DNA of 29,847 nt, from the NCBI GenBank assembly GCA_041586955.1, contig JBFGZE010000034.1, positions 1 to 29,847 of the forward strand, given 5' to 3'. The first letter of the stretch is position 1. Every line of letters starts with the position of its first letter. Both the position numbers and the translations under genes were made by a program. This stretch comes from Bacteriovoracaceae bacterium. Lineage in GTDB: Bacteria; Bdellovibrionota; Bacteriovoracia; Bacteriovoracales; Bacteriovoracaceae. Of this stretch, positions 1 to 9,522 are shown piece by piece. The notes under the pieces were generated by a model, which ran no database searches, was not told where the DNA came from, and saw only the letters and a list, made by a program, of their open reading frames with translations.

Positions 1-419
1 CGTCCAGAGAAACTCAAATCACTTTTGAGCACAAAGTTTTGATCTTCACTATTATTTATAAAAGTTTTAATATCATTAAGAGAAAGGGGAATAATTCCTG
101 GCAACGTTCCTTTTTTTAAATGCTCTAAAAGATTAAAACTAAAGATTTTTGAATTTAACAAGCGACCTTTTTCTCCCATTTCTCTCCCCCACCAATTGCG
201 GGGACTTGAAGAATGTGAAATGCACTTTGGGATATGAGGGTTTATGGTTTGAATAAACTCGAGGTAATCGTTGTCGTATTTTTGATGAGTAATTAAATTG
301 CATTGACGCCCATCTTCAGTAAACAGAAATAGGTGCTCAAGCTCTTTATTAAGTGAGGGACTAGGACTGGCGCCCGATAAAGTTTGCTCGTAATCTATAT
401 TTACTTTGTAGTCTTCCAT
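1..419 (-). CDS. Partial CDS (runs off the left edge), possible ATP-grasp-fold protein; absent from the ORF track
   Basis: ATG at 419 overlaps the end of the DUF455 gene. Manual translation is open to the edge: MEDYKVNIDYEQTLSG...PRNWWGE...LLNSKIFS...NFVLKSDLSFSGR. The final VLK-x4-SGR segment resembles the ATP-grasp Lys/Gly loop. Confidence 0.7.
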   Translation of the reverse strand, partial: MEDYKVNIDYEQTLSGASPSPSLNKELEHLFLFTEDGRQCNLITHQKYDNDYLEFIQTINPHIPKCISHSSSPRNWWGREMGEKGRLLNSKIFSFNLLEHLKKGTLPGIIPLSLNDIKTFINNSEDQNFVLKSDLSFSG

Positions 420-1225
420 TGCTTGCGGTTGGTTACCTTAAAGTCATCGCTATAGGAAATAAGATGAGTAATATAATCTTCATCTAAGCCGGCCTTCAAG
501 CGAGCTTCTTTATTAAAATGACTCCCTTTTGCCCTGGCCGGAGAAATAAATGTTGGAAGGTAACGATTATAGATTTCCCATAAACTTCCTTCATTTTCTT
601 CTTTTAAAACACTCACTCCCCTTTTAACGTGAGCGATTTCATCGTTAAGGATGATGCGCATTAAATTTGCAGATTTCTTGTCGCCTACGTCATTGAATAA
701 TGCTTCATAGTATTCTGCAAAATCCAGGTTTGCCTGTTCAAATGTCAAGGCCATTAAAGCATAAAAATGAGAAATTGTTTCAACCGGTGCAATATAACGC
801 CAAAAGAAATCATTTAAAGGATAGTCTCCTAACTCACAATTAAGTTCGCGAATTCTTTCAAGATAAAGTCCCAAATGCTTTTGCTCTTCACTGATCGTTT
901 TTATTAATAACTTTTGAGATTTAATATTATTATTAAAATATTCAGGAAATTTTAATAAAGCGAGGGCCATCAATTCAATGGCCAATAATTCATGATTGGC
1001 AAAAAAATGAAGGGCCTTGGCCCGTCCTTCTTCCTTTTTTAGGAATTCGATACTAGGGAACTTCGTTTTTTTGTCTGAAATTTTAAGGCCATTAGGACGT
1101 CCTGGATCAGCAGGAACCTCAAACTCTCCCTCGATAATAAACGAAGTGATTAAATTAACGGGCAAAAGCTTATCTTCTAACTTATCTGAAAATAATAATT
1201 GCTTGGCAAAATCACTTGTTTTCAT
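401..1225 (-). CDS. DUF455 family ferritin-like (di-iron carboxylate) protein
   Basis: Motifs HFFANHELLAIEL, EEQKH, FEQANLD and DEIAHV give two ExxH pairs in a four-helix-bundle pattern. ATGA overlap with the helicase stop. Confidence 0.85.
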   Translation of the reverse strand: MKTSDFAKQLLFSDKLEDKLLPVNLITSFIIEGEFEVPADPGRPNGLKISDKKTKFPSIEFLKKEEGRAKALHFFANHELLAIELMALALLKFPEYFNNNIKSQKLLIKTISEEQKHLGLYLERIRELNCELGDYPLNDFFWRYIAPVETISHFYALMALTFEQANLDFAEYYEALFNDVGDKKSANLMRIILNDEIAHVKRGVSVLKEENEGSLWEIYNRYLPTFISPARAKGSHFNKEARLKAGLDEDYITHLISYSDDFKVTNRKQWKTTK

Positions 1226-3819
1226 TTCCGTTTACCACTAAATCTTCTTTTTCTTTTTACTTTGCCTTTAAGCTCAGTCTTTTTATGATTAGGTCTCCGG
1301 CGCGAAGGTCCCCGCCGATTGGTTTTTCGTTTTTCAAAACACTCTTCACAAATTGCAAACTTACTCTTTTCAGGTAATTTACACCCACAGCTAGAGCATG
1401 TTGGCATAATTTTTTCCGATAGGAGGCCATTTAATTTTGCGACGGCATCTAATTTATTATCCAATAATTCAGTTTCATCAAAAATAAAGTTTTTACCATT
1501 AAAATGTCGGGCCAACCATTGATAAAGCTCCACACATTTAATCGATGTTTCAAGGTAATCAATATCTGAAGAACTCGATTCGATCATAAAGTTTTTGACA
1601 GGAACTGAAGCGACAAAATTATTCAGGATGGCCACATAATACTGAACGTGATCCATCAGGCCCATATTAACCGGTGCACAAGCAAAACCAAACACTTCAG
1701 CAGAGCTAAGTTTTTGCTCCTGGTCAGCGTCTTCTACTGTTTCAGCGAGTTCAATCATTTCCTTCAAATCAACACAGTAAAATGGTTTTTGAAAATCCAT
1801 GGTGTTAAATAGTCGAAGAAACTCTGATAATCGTAATAGGTCTAGGCCATTTTCCTCAAGAGCGTGATTGACCTGGCTAAATATATCTAAATCTGGCCCC
1901 ACCATACATTTTGTTTTTTGATCCAGGTCCATATCAAGAGCAGATTTGATTTGATCGAGACCATCTTCCACTCGACTCAAGCAACTGGTAAAACCTGTGG
2001 GAAACCTCTTATAGCGCCCTGCTCGACCAGCAATTTGTTTAATCTCACTTTCTGTTATGGGGTATTCTTGTGAATTAAAAAATTTCGACAAGGTAGAAAA
2101 AATAATTCTTTTAATCGGTAAATTCATTCCCATGGCAATAGCATCGGTACTTACCATGATATCTGTTTCACCCTGATCAAATTTACGGGCCTGTTCCCGC
2201 CGAACTTCAGGAGAGAGACGGCCATAAACAATGGATACCTTAAAGCCTAGGTTTTCTAAGTCCATTTTATATTTCAAAGCATTACGTCGAGAAAAAACAA
2301 TTAAAGCATCTGAGCGCTCAAGCTCTGACAAGGCCATAGGGTTTCGCATAACCTTTAATTTAGTCATGCGCTGATATTCTTTGATCTCGAGTTCATCTCC
2401 ACATAGTTCGACAATTTTTCTGACAAGGTCGAGAACACTGGGGTCACCGCATAAATGGATTTCATCTGCGACAATATTAACCAGGGCACGAGTCCACGCC
2501 CAACCTCTTTGAGGGTCAGTGATCATTTGGATTTCATCAATCACACAGGAATCGAAAGTCTGATTAAGGCGCGCCATTTCAATAGTTGAACTATAATGAG
2601 TGGCATTTTCAGTTTCAATAACTTCTTCACCTGTCAATAAGGTGGTCGTCACACCTTTTTGATTAAGGGTATCGTATAATTCTCCCGCCAATAATCGTAA
2701 AGGTGCAAGATAACAGCCTGTTTTGGCAGCGGCGAGGGCCTCAATAGCATGATAGGTTTTACCAGAGTTGGTAGGTCCCATATGATAAATGATTTTACGC
2801 TTTAAAGGACGAGCGAGAGAGTGAACCCAGAACTCTCCAAGATATTCTTGTAAAATAGTACCTGAGATATCTTTTCGTTTTAGCATTAAAATTGACTTCA
2901 CAAGCTTTTTAAACTCGCGAATGAGATAACCCTCATTGCGATAAAGATTAGTCTCTATGGATTTATAAAATTTGTAAAAATCGTTTTCATCAATGAGCTC
3001 TTCTTTAACATTATTATCGTATAGATGATGCTTGAGGACCGGAGAAAGCCGCTTAATATGAACCGTCGCGGCCTCTGAAGGGTAGCTCAATGCTTCGCGA
3101 AATTTTTGTTTCACCTGATATTCAAGACGGTTGATTGTCGATTTTCTCAATTGAAATCGAATTTTATGGTTTCTCTTATCGAGTCTTTTTCTTAATAATT
3201 GGACCTGATCGCAAACATGAGAGAGGCCAAACTCTTCATTCAGAACGATTTCCGTCGTTGCTTCAATATCGGCAATCGCCTCATCATAAGCAATTTCTCG
3301 TAATTTAGTTCTAAATACTGAACGACATTGCTGGCATTGGCAGGAAATTTCTTTTAATTTAATCGAAATATTTAATTCTTCTTCAATAAATTTTTGACAT
3401 TTTAGGTGGTTTAGAAGGACTTTGGCGGACCAACTTTTAAATTCATTAAGGTGAACATCAAGAACTGTAAAACCGATATCTCCGTCTTGACCAAAATAGA
3501 ACGATTCTTTTTCAGGGAATAAGCAATCCTCAATAAAACAGACATCCATTATATTTTCAGGTGCAAAGAATTCCTGAAAATCAGCATATTCTTCATCAAA
3601 AAAGGATAATAAACTGACATTATCTTTAAATGCGTTATAAATTGTATCAAAAACGTTGACTAAAAAGTCCAAGATGATGGCCGCATCTTCAACACTGCGG
3701 ACATAGTCATCCTCCTCATGGGAAATATTTTGGACTTTAAAAATATTTTTTCTTTCAGAGTCTAAGTTATCTTTTAATCGTTGAAATTCTGGCCTTCTAA
3801 GTGGTGATGGTGACGTCAC
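1222..3819 (-). CDS. SUV3-like SF2 RNA helicase with N-terminal extension, C-terminal Zn ribbon and basic tail
   Basis: GPTNSGKT (Walker A), YLAPLRLLAGE, DEIQ, RGWAWTRAL, TDAIAMGMN, QIAGRAGR; C-terminal CSSC...CEEC. GTG start with AAGGGA upstream. Confidence 0.9.
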   Translation of the reverse strand: MTSPSPLRRPEFQRLKDNLDSERKNIFKVQNISHEEDDYVRSVEDAAIILDFLVNVFDTIYNAFKDNVSLLSFFDEEYADFQEFFAPENIMDVCFIEDCLFPEKESFYFGQDGDIGFTVLDVHLNEFKSWSAKVLLNHLKCQKFIEEELNISIKLKEISCQCQQCRSVFRTKLREIAYDEAIADIEATTEIVLNEEFGLSHVCDQVQLLRKRLDKRNHKIRFQLRKSTINRLEYQVKQKFREALSYPSEAATVHIKRLSPVLKHHLYDNNVKEELIDENDFYKFYKSIETNLYRNEGYLIREFKKLVKSILMLKRKDISGTILQEYLGEFWVHSLARPLKRKIIYHMGPTNSGKTYHAIEALAAAKTGCYLAPLRLLAGELYDTLNQKGVTTTLLTGEEVIETENATHYSSTIEMARLNQTFDSCVIDEIQMITDPQRGWAWTRALVNIVADEIHLCGDPSVLDLVRKIVELCGDELEIKEYQRMTKLKVMRNPMALSELERSDALIVFSRRNALKYKMDLENLGFKVSIVYGRLSPEVRREQARKFDQGETDIMVSTDAIAMGMNLPIKRIIFSTLSKFFNSQEYPITESEIKQIAGRAGRYKRFPTGFTSCLSRVEDGLDQIKSALDMDLDQKTKCMVGPDLDIFSQVNHALEENGLDLLRLSEFLRLFNTMDFQKPFYCVDLKEMIELAETVEDADQEQKLSSAEVFGFACAPVNMGLMDHVQYYVAILNNFVASVPVKNFMIESSSSDIDYLETSIKCVELYQWLARHFNGKNFIFDETELLDNKLDAVAKLNGLLSEKIMPTCSSCGCKLPEKSKFAICEECFEKRKTNRRGPSRRRPNHKKTELKGKVKRKRRFSGKRK

Positions 3820-3873
3820 GAATAATGTCCCTTCTCTTTTGAGTATTCAAACCAATAGTTATTGCCAGAAGGT

Positions 3874-5055
3874 CTATTGGTCAAGTTCTAAGGCGAAGGC
3901 GACTCCTAGTCGAGCAAATTTCGCCGCGTGTCGTGCATGCCCATCTGACTGCTCTATTGTATCGCGATTTGTATGAATATGCCTATTCATATCACCCTTT
4001 TCTGCTTCAAAAGGAAAAGAAGCCGGGAAACCCTCTCTATTCCATGAGGCATGATCAGAGCAACCATAACCACAACGAGTTCGCCCCGACTTTAATGACG
4101 GTAAATGCCTCTTCATTAGAGACTCAAGAAAGTTATTAAGGTTTGGGTCAGTAAAGTCATCAACAAGATGAATATCATTGGTCGAGCCGTTAAAGTTAGT
4201 CATATCAAATTGAATCACTCCTAAGACTTGGCGGCCTTGGCGCTTAAATCGTTTAGCCATTTCCTTTGAGCCATGAAGACCAACTTCTTCGGCTGCGTAG
4301 GCCATAAAATGAATATTATGCTTAGGTTGACCATCCTGGCCGGTCAATATTCGTAAAATTTCAGTAATTGTGGCAATCCCCGAAGCATTATCATCTGCTC
4401 CCGGTGCATGGCCATTCGCCCGCCCCCACCAGCCAGCAATCGAATCAGCATGTCCGCCTATAATAATATCCTTATTACTTTTTCCCTTAAGGCGCAGGTG
4501 AATCGTTGGCTGCGGCCAATTTGAATGAATAATTTTTTCAATGGCGACATCATTGCGATGGGCAGTTATTTGCTTCCAGTTATTATAAATCCAGTTTGAA
4601 GCATTGGCACCATGAACGGATTTATAATAACGATTTTTAAACGAGGATAATTTGCGAATAGTTCCTTCGATATTTTCTTCATTCACCTCATTAATAAGCT
4701 TGGGAGTTAATTCATTTTGCTGAAATTTAAAAATCCTATTATTATTTTTATTAAGCTCAAAGCTCTTAATATCACCCATCGCCTGTTCATAACTTTCATG
4801 AACAAAGAATCCACCACAACGCTTAAACTTCTCATGCATTAATTCAGAGAGCTCGCCAATGGCCTCTTTTTTTAATTTTAAAATTGTGATATCGCCAATT
4901 TTTGTTGGAGACGAGATATATGATTTTAAATTACTTTTTTCAGCACTATCCAAGACATCACTTCCCGTGCTGATCCACATATAATCGGAGTCGCCGGCAA
5001 ATGCTGGATAAAAAAGATTCGCTAGGGCCAAGAACAATAATAAAAACATCTTCAT
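3874..5055 (-). CDS. Secreted M28 family leucyl aminopeptidase (Zn metallopeptidase)
   Basis: Signal peptide MKMFLLLFLALA...AFA; GGHADS, GADDNASG, AEEVGL, SDH and HIHT motifs. AGGAGG at 5060-5065 favours ATG 5055 over 5079. Confidence 0.9.
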   Translation of the reverse strand: MKMFLLLFLALANLFYPAFAGDSDYMWISTGSDVLDSAEKSNLKSYISSPTKIGDITILKLKKEAIGELSELMHEKFKRCGGFFVHESYEQAMGDIKSFELNKNNNRIFKFQQNELTPKLINEVNEENIEGTIRKLSSFKNRYYKSVHGANASNWIYNNWKQITAHRNDVAIEKIIHSNWPQPTIHLRLKGKSNKDIIIGGHADSIAGWWGRANGHAPGADDNASGIATITEILRILTGQDGQPKHNIHFMAYAAEEVGLHGSKEMAKRFKRQGRQVLGVIQFDMTNFNGSTNDIHLVDDFTDPNLNNFLESLMKRHLPSLKSGRTRCGYGCSDHASWNREGFPASFPFEAEKGDMNRHIHTNRDTIEQSDGHARHAAKFARLGVAFALELDQ

Positions 5056-5160
5056 AAGCCCTCCTGGCCGAATCGTCATCTTAAAATGATAAACTTATAT
5101 TGAGATATTTCTCTATAATTGTTCTAATATGATCTTACATGAAAATGATAGAGGACTTTT

Positions 5161-6144
5161 ATGAACACCTGGCTGACAGAAACTTTTAATATTAAATATC
5201 CCATTATCATGGCACCAATGTTCTTGGTATCAACAGAAAAAATGCTTATCGCCGCTGCTGATGCGGGTATTACCGGTTGTATACCCGCTTTAAATTATCG
5301 GAGTCCAGAACTTTTTGAAGAGGGAATGAAAAGATTAAAAGAACAATGCAAGGGAGCTTTTGGTGTTAACCTGATCGTCAATAAATCTAATATATACCTT
5401 GATAAACAGATTTCTATCTGTGAAAAATACCTACCGGACTATATTATTACATCTCTGGGTAGTCCTAAAGAGGTCATCAAACGTTGCCAAAAATTGGGAA
5501 TAAAGATCATTTGTGATGTTGTAGATTCCAAATACGCTAAAAAAGTAGAGCAATTGGGAGCGGATGCCATAATCGCAGTCAACTCGGGAGCAGGTGGTCA
5601 CGCAGGTACCATACCTCCCTCGCTTCTTATTCCCTTATTAAAAAAAGTTACTCAACTTCCCATTATTTCAGCTGGAGGCATTGGTACCGGCACAGGACTA
5701 TTATCGATACTCACGCTAGGCGCAGAAGGAGCGTCTATTGGCTCTCCCTTTATCTCAGTCGCCGAAAGCGGTGTTTCTGAAGAATACAAGAATGCCATCA
5801 TCAAGTACGGCGCTGAAGATATTGTTTTTACCGATAAGATTTCTGGCACACCTTGTACCGTTATTAACACTCCTTACGTCAAAAAGATTGGAACTAAACA
5901 AAATTTCATTGAGTCCTACCTCAGTAAACATAAGGCCGTTAAAAAATATGCAAAGATGATCACCAGCTATAAAGGCATGAAGGCCATCGAAAATGCGGCA
6001 TTCAAGGCGACCTACAAAACAGTGTGGTGTGCTGGTCCCTCAATAGAGTTTATCGACAAAAAAGAAACTATTAAAGAGTTTGTTGAACGTATTATGTCTC
6101 AATACAAGGATGGATTCGCCAATTTAGATCATTTACGTTTGTAG
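5161..6144 (+). CDS. Nitronate monooxygenase / FabK-like FMN-dependent oxidoreductase
   Basis: YPIIMAPM, AGGHAG, IISAGGI and LGAEGASIGS motifs; GAGGA RBS. Confidence 0.85.
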   Translation: MNTWLTETFNIKYPIIMAPMFLVSTEKMLIAAADAGITGCIPALNYRSPELFEEGMKRLKEQCKGAFGVNLIVNKSNIYLDKQISICEKYLPDYIITSLGSPKEVIKRCQKLGIKIICDVVDSKYAKKVEQLGADAIIAVNSGAGGHAGTIPPSLLIPLLKKVTQLPIISAGGIGTGTGLLSILTLGAEGASIGSPFISVAESGVSEEYKNAIIKYGAEDIVFTDKISGTPCTVINTPYVKKIGTKQNFIESYLSKHKAVKKYAKMITSYKGMKAIENAAFKATYKTVWCAGPSIEFIDKKETIKEFVERIMSQYKDGFANLDHLRL

Positions 6145-6171
6145 AAAAAAAAGGCCTCCCAAAGGGAGGCC
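6145..6171 (-). terminator. Intrinsic terminator for the M3 peptidase operon, possibly bidirectional
   Basis: GGCCTCCC-AAA-GGGAGGCC hairpin (6153-6171) flanked by A8, which reads as U8 on the minus strand; lies between convergent genes. Confidence 0.85.
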
Positions 6172-6178
6172 ATTAATA

Positions 6179-8197
6179 TTATTTGAGTAAACCTGCTCTC
6201 TTAAGAAGTGCGTCCACACTAGGATCTTTACCACGAAAGCGACGGTAAAGAGTCGCAGGGTGTTCACTACCACCCTTTGATAAAATATTGGCCTTAAAAA
6301 GACTGGCGACTTCTTTATTAAAAATACCTTTCTCTTTAAAAAATTCAAACGCATCCGCATCCAAAACCTCGGCCCATTTATAAGAATAATAGCCCGCGGA
6401 ATAACCACCTTGGAAAATATGACCAAAATGACAGCTTTGATTACTCTCTTTAGGTACAGGAATAAGATTTGTTTTCTCCATTGCTTTTCTTTCAAACTCT
6501 CCCACATCCTCAATCGTTGCAGGGTCAGCGGTATGCCAGGCCATATCAACAGTAGAAAACCCAATCTGTCTCATCGTTGCGCGTCCCTCGTGAAAGGTTG
6601 AACTCTCCTTTATTTTTTGAACAAGCTCCGCTGGGATAGGCTCATTGGTCTCATAATGAGTCGCAAATAAATCTAAACACTTTTTCTCAAAACACCAATT
6701 TTCTAAAATCTGAGAAGGTAGTTCGACAAAGTCCCAATAGACATTCGTCCCACCTAAAGATTTGTACTTACATTCAGAGAGAAGTCCATGAAGGGAATGA
6801 CCAAACTCATGAAAAAGAGTCAGCAATTCTCCAAAGTTTAATAGTGAAGGCTTAGATTCGGTTGGCTTGGTAAAATTACAAACAATCGAAACATGAGGTC
6901 TATTTTCACCCTCTTGTTCTCGATAGGAAGTCATCCAAGCGCCATTTTTCTTACCGGCACGAGGAAAAAAGTCTGCGTAGAAAACACCAACATGCTTATT
7001 ATTTTCATCTACAACTTCAAAAGCACTCACATCCTCATGGTAAGTTGGAATATCTTTTCTTTCTTTAAAAGTTATTCCATATAATTTTTGAGCAACTTCA
7101 AATACACCTTCAACACATTTTTCAATCTGAAAATAAGGCTTCAACATTTCATCACTAATATTAAAACGCTCTTTTTTGAGTTTTTCAGCGTAATAGGCAT
7201 AATCCCACATGGCGAAATCTTCAATATGATCAAGCTCACGAGCAAAGACTTTCAGCTCTTCAACTTCTTCCTGGGCGACCTTTATCGCCTTGTCCTTGAG
7301 ATCCTCTAGAAATGAAAATACCTTTTCAGGGGATTGTGCCATTCGGTCAGATAAAGTTAACTCCGCATGGTTTTTAAAGCCTAAGAGATTTGCTTTTTCG
7401 TATCTTGCAGCAACAATCTCTTTAATAATTTTTTGATTATCAAACTCTCCCCCATTAAAACATTTCGACGAATTGGCCCGATAGAGTGTTTCACGCAAAT
7501 CACGATTTGTAGCATAGGTCATAAAGGGAATATAACTTGGATAATCTAAAGTGACGACCCAGCCGCTTAGATCTCTGTCTTGAGCTAATTCACGAGCAGC
7601 CTCTTTGGCACCATCAGGTAGGCCATCAACATCTTTTTCATCTGTTAAATGCATTTGGTAGGCGTTGGAAGCTTTAAGTAAATTATCACCAAAATTAAGT
7701 GTTAATTGAGATAGACTTTTACTCAATCCGCGAACTTTTTCTTTTTCTTCATTGCTTAATAAAGCACCACTTTTTACAAAATTGCGGTATTGATTTTCAA
7801 CCAAGGTAGCTTCTTCGGCCTTGAGATTGAGCTTATCTCTCTCGTCATACACATACTTCACTTTTTCGAAAAGCTCGGGATTCAAATAAATATCATCTGA
7901 ATAAGTTGTAATTTTAGGGGAAAATTCTTGAGCTATTTTTTGCAATTCATCGTTTGATTCTGCACTATATAAATTAAAAAAGATACTAGCGACGGTACCA
8001 ACTTTAGGGTCAGCTTTTTCTAAAGCCTCACAGACATTAGAAAAAGTGGGCTTCTCTGTATTCTCAACAATGGCCTGAATCGCTTTTCGACCTTCTTTCA
8101 TCGCCTCTTCGAGGGCGGGAAGATAATGCTCTTCTTTAATTTTATCAAAGGGAACAGTACCAAAAGGGGTTTGAAATTTATCCAAAATGGGGTTCAT
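6179..8197 (-). CDS. M3A family metallopeptidase (peptidyl-dipeptidase Dcp / oligopeptidase A-like)
   Basis: HEFGH zinc motif, DFVELPSQ, GGYSAGYYSYKWAEVLDADAF, K-x-GAWM. Confidence 0.93.
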   Translation of the reverse strand: MNPILDKFQTPFGTVPFDKIKEEHYLPALEEAMKEGRKAIQAIVENTEKPTFSNVCEALEKADPKVGTVASIFFNLYSAESNDELQKIAQEFSPKITTYSDDIYLNPELFEKVKYVYDERDKLNLKAEEATLVENQYRNFVKSGALLSNEEKEKVRGLSKSLSQLTLNFGDNLLKASNAYQMHLTDEKDVDGLPDGAKEAARELAQDRDLSGWVVTLDYPSYIPFMTYATNRDLRETLYRANSSKCFNGGEFDNQKIIKEIVAARYEKANLLGFKNHAELTLSDRMAQSPEKVFSFLEDLKDKAIKVAQEEVEELKVFARELDHIEDFAMWDYAYYAEKLKKERFNISDEMLKPYFQIEKCVEGVFEVAQKLYGITFKERKDIPTYHEDVSAFEVVDENNKHVGVFYADFFPRAGKKNGAWMTSYREQEGENRPHVSIVCNFTKPTESKPSLLNFGELLTLFHEFGHSLHGLLSECKYKSLGGTNVYWDFVELPSQILENWCFEKKCLDLFATHYETNEPIPAELVQKIKESSTFHEGRATMRQIGFSTVDMAWHTADPATIEDVGEFERKAMEKTNLIPVPKESNQSCHFGHIFQGGYSAGYYSYKWAEVLDADAFEFFKEKGIFNKEVASLFKANILSKGGSEHPATLYRRFRGKDPSVDALLKRAGLLK

Positions 8198-9444
8198 AGA
8201 TTCTCCTGATCTTTTGGGTTTTCAGAAAACAAATTTCTTAAGGAAAAAAACCATAAAATTAGAGCTATGGCCAATAGTAAATTAACGGCGACCGCGCCCT
8301 GAACGAGAATTAAGATCAACGATATCAAGGCCTTCGAAGCTCGGTAGACAATCATATCGACAATATATTTGGCCCCATATTTTTGTGCATCGTTCAATTT
8401 AAAATAAAGAATCTCCTTCGCCGTGGAAAATAAGCTATAATCGACACCTTTATAAGAAATAAAAAGAATTGTCGGTACCATTAACGCCATGGGAAAGGCC
8501 AAAGAGAGGAGCAAAAGCCCCGCATAAAAAAAGACAATCAGGTGATGAACTCTCTTTTCTCTCACTATTGTCAAAAGAAAGGGAACAATAGCAATCTGGA
8601 TAAATAGTGAAAGTCCATTAATCCAAGCGTAAACGGTACCCAAAAATTCTGCTTTTTCGATCCTTGAAATGCCAAAGGCCTCCAAGGCCATATTAAATTT
8701 GAAATTACCTAAATTGACAACGAATTGACTGCACATAACGACAATCGCAACCCAAAAAACATAGCCTCTCACCTTTTTAATGGAGGTCAATGGAGATTCG
8801 CCTTTGCGGTCTTTTTTTGTTTCATGAGTGATCAGATCCCCGGGTCCCGTTTGCATAAAAATAACGGCAGCAATAAAAAGCCCGAGACAAGCAAACCAAA
8901 CGACACCCACCAGACCAAAATCTTTAATAAAAGTCGAAGTCACGAGGCCGCCAAGAAGGCCACCCAAGCTTCCGATCGCTCCCAATGGGCCATAGAAAAT
9001 TTTGGCATATTCTTTGGTCATTTTTGAATTGAGGAAGGCCAAGCAGCTATGCACCAATAAAATAATATAAACTTCTTTCCACACAAAAAGTGGATAGGAC
9101 AACCAAGGTCGCTCGCCCACCAAAGTTATGGTGCAACCAAAAAATAAAATCGATAAAAACACCACCAGGCCAAACAACCTTTGAATCTTGAGACGGCGTT
9201 GAAAATGATTAAATAAATAAACAAAAAAACTAAGGGCGATAATGGAATAAGTCCAAACCAGAGGAGATTTTTTGGCGCCATTACTATCAAGAAATATAGA
9301 TGTGATCGCGGCACGGATCATCGGATAGGTGAAAAGTATTAAAAAAAGAATTCCTGCCAAAAGGATGAGATTAATCCGACTCCTCTTGTCCAGATTTGTT
9401 AATTGATCACTTAAGTGCTCAATATACTTTTTCAATCGGGACAT
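8194..9444 (-). CDS. NTT/TLC (Npt1/Npt2-like) nucleotide-transporter family MFS protein
   Basis: About 12 hydrophobic segments; AKIFYG.LGAIGSLGG and DYSLF..AKEILY....KYGAKYIVD..YR match the NTT-like pattern; 4-nt overlap with the M3 gene. Confidence 0.7.
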   Translation of the reverse strand: MSRLKKYIEHLSDQLTNLDKRSRINLILLAGILFLILFTYPMIRAAITSIFLDSNGAKKSPLVWTYSIIALSFFVYLFNHFQRRLKIQRLFGLVVFLSILFFGCTITLVGERPWLSYPLFVWKEVYIILLVHSCLAFLNSKMTKEYAKIFYGPLGAIGSLGGLLGGLVTSTFIKDFGLVGVVWFACLGLFIAAVIFMQTGPGDLITHETKKDRKGESPLTSIKKVRGYVFWVAIVVMCSQFVVNLGNFKFNMALEAFGISRIEKAEFLGTVYAWINGLSLFIQIAIVPFLLTIVREKRVHHLIVFFYAGLLLLSLAFPMALMVPTILFISYKGVDYSLFSTAKEILYFKLNDAQKYGAKYIVDMIVYRASKALISLILILVQGAVAVNLLLAIALILWFFSLRNLFSENPKDQENL

Positions 9445-9487
9445 TTTTACCTACCACTCTCCAAAAAAAGAAATCATTTTTAGAGAG

Positions 9488-9516
9488 TATAATGACAGTG
9501 GATAATAAACTAGGGG
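9488..9516 (+). promoter_or_regulatory. Candidate -10 box and RBS of the GT2/GT-C operon
   Basis: TATAAT at 9488-9493; AGGGG at 9512-9516, 6 nt before CTG 9523. Confidence 0.5.
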
Positions 9517-9522
9517 TAAATT

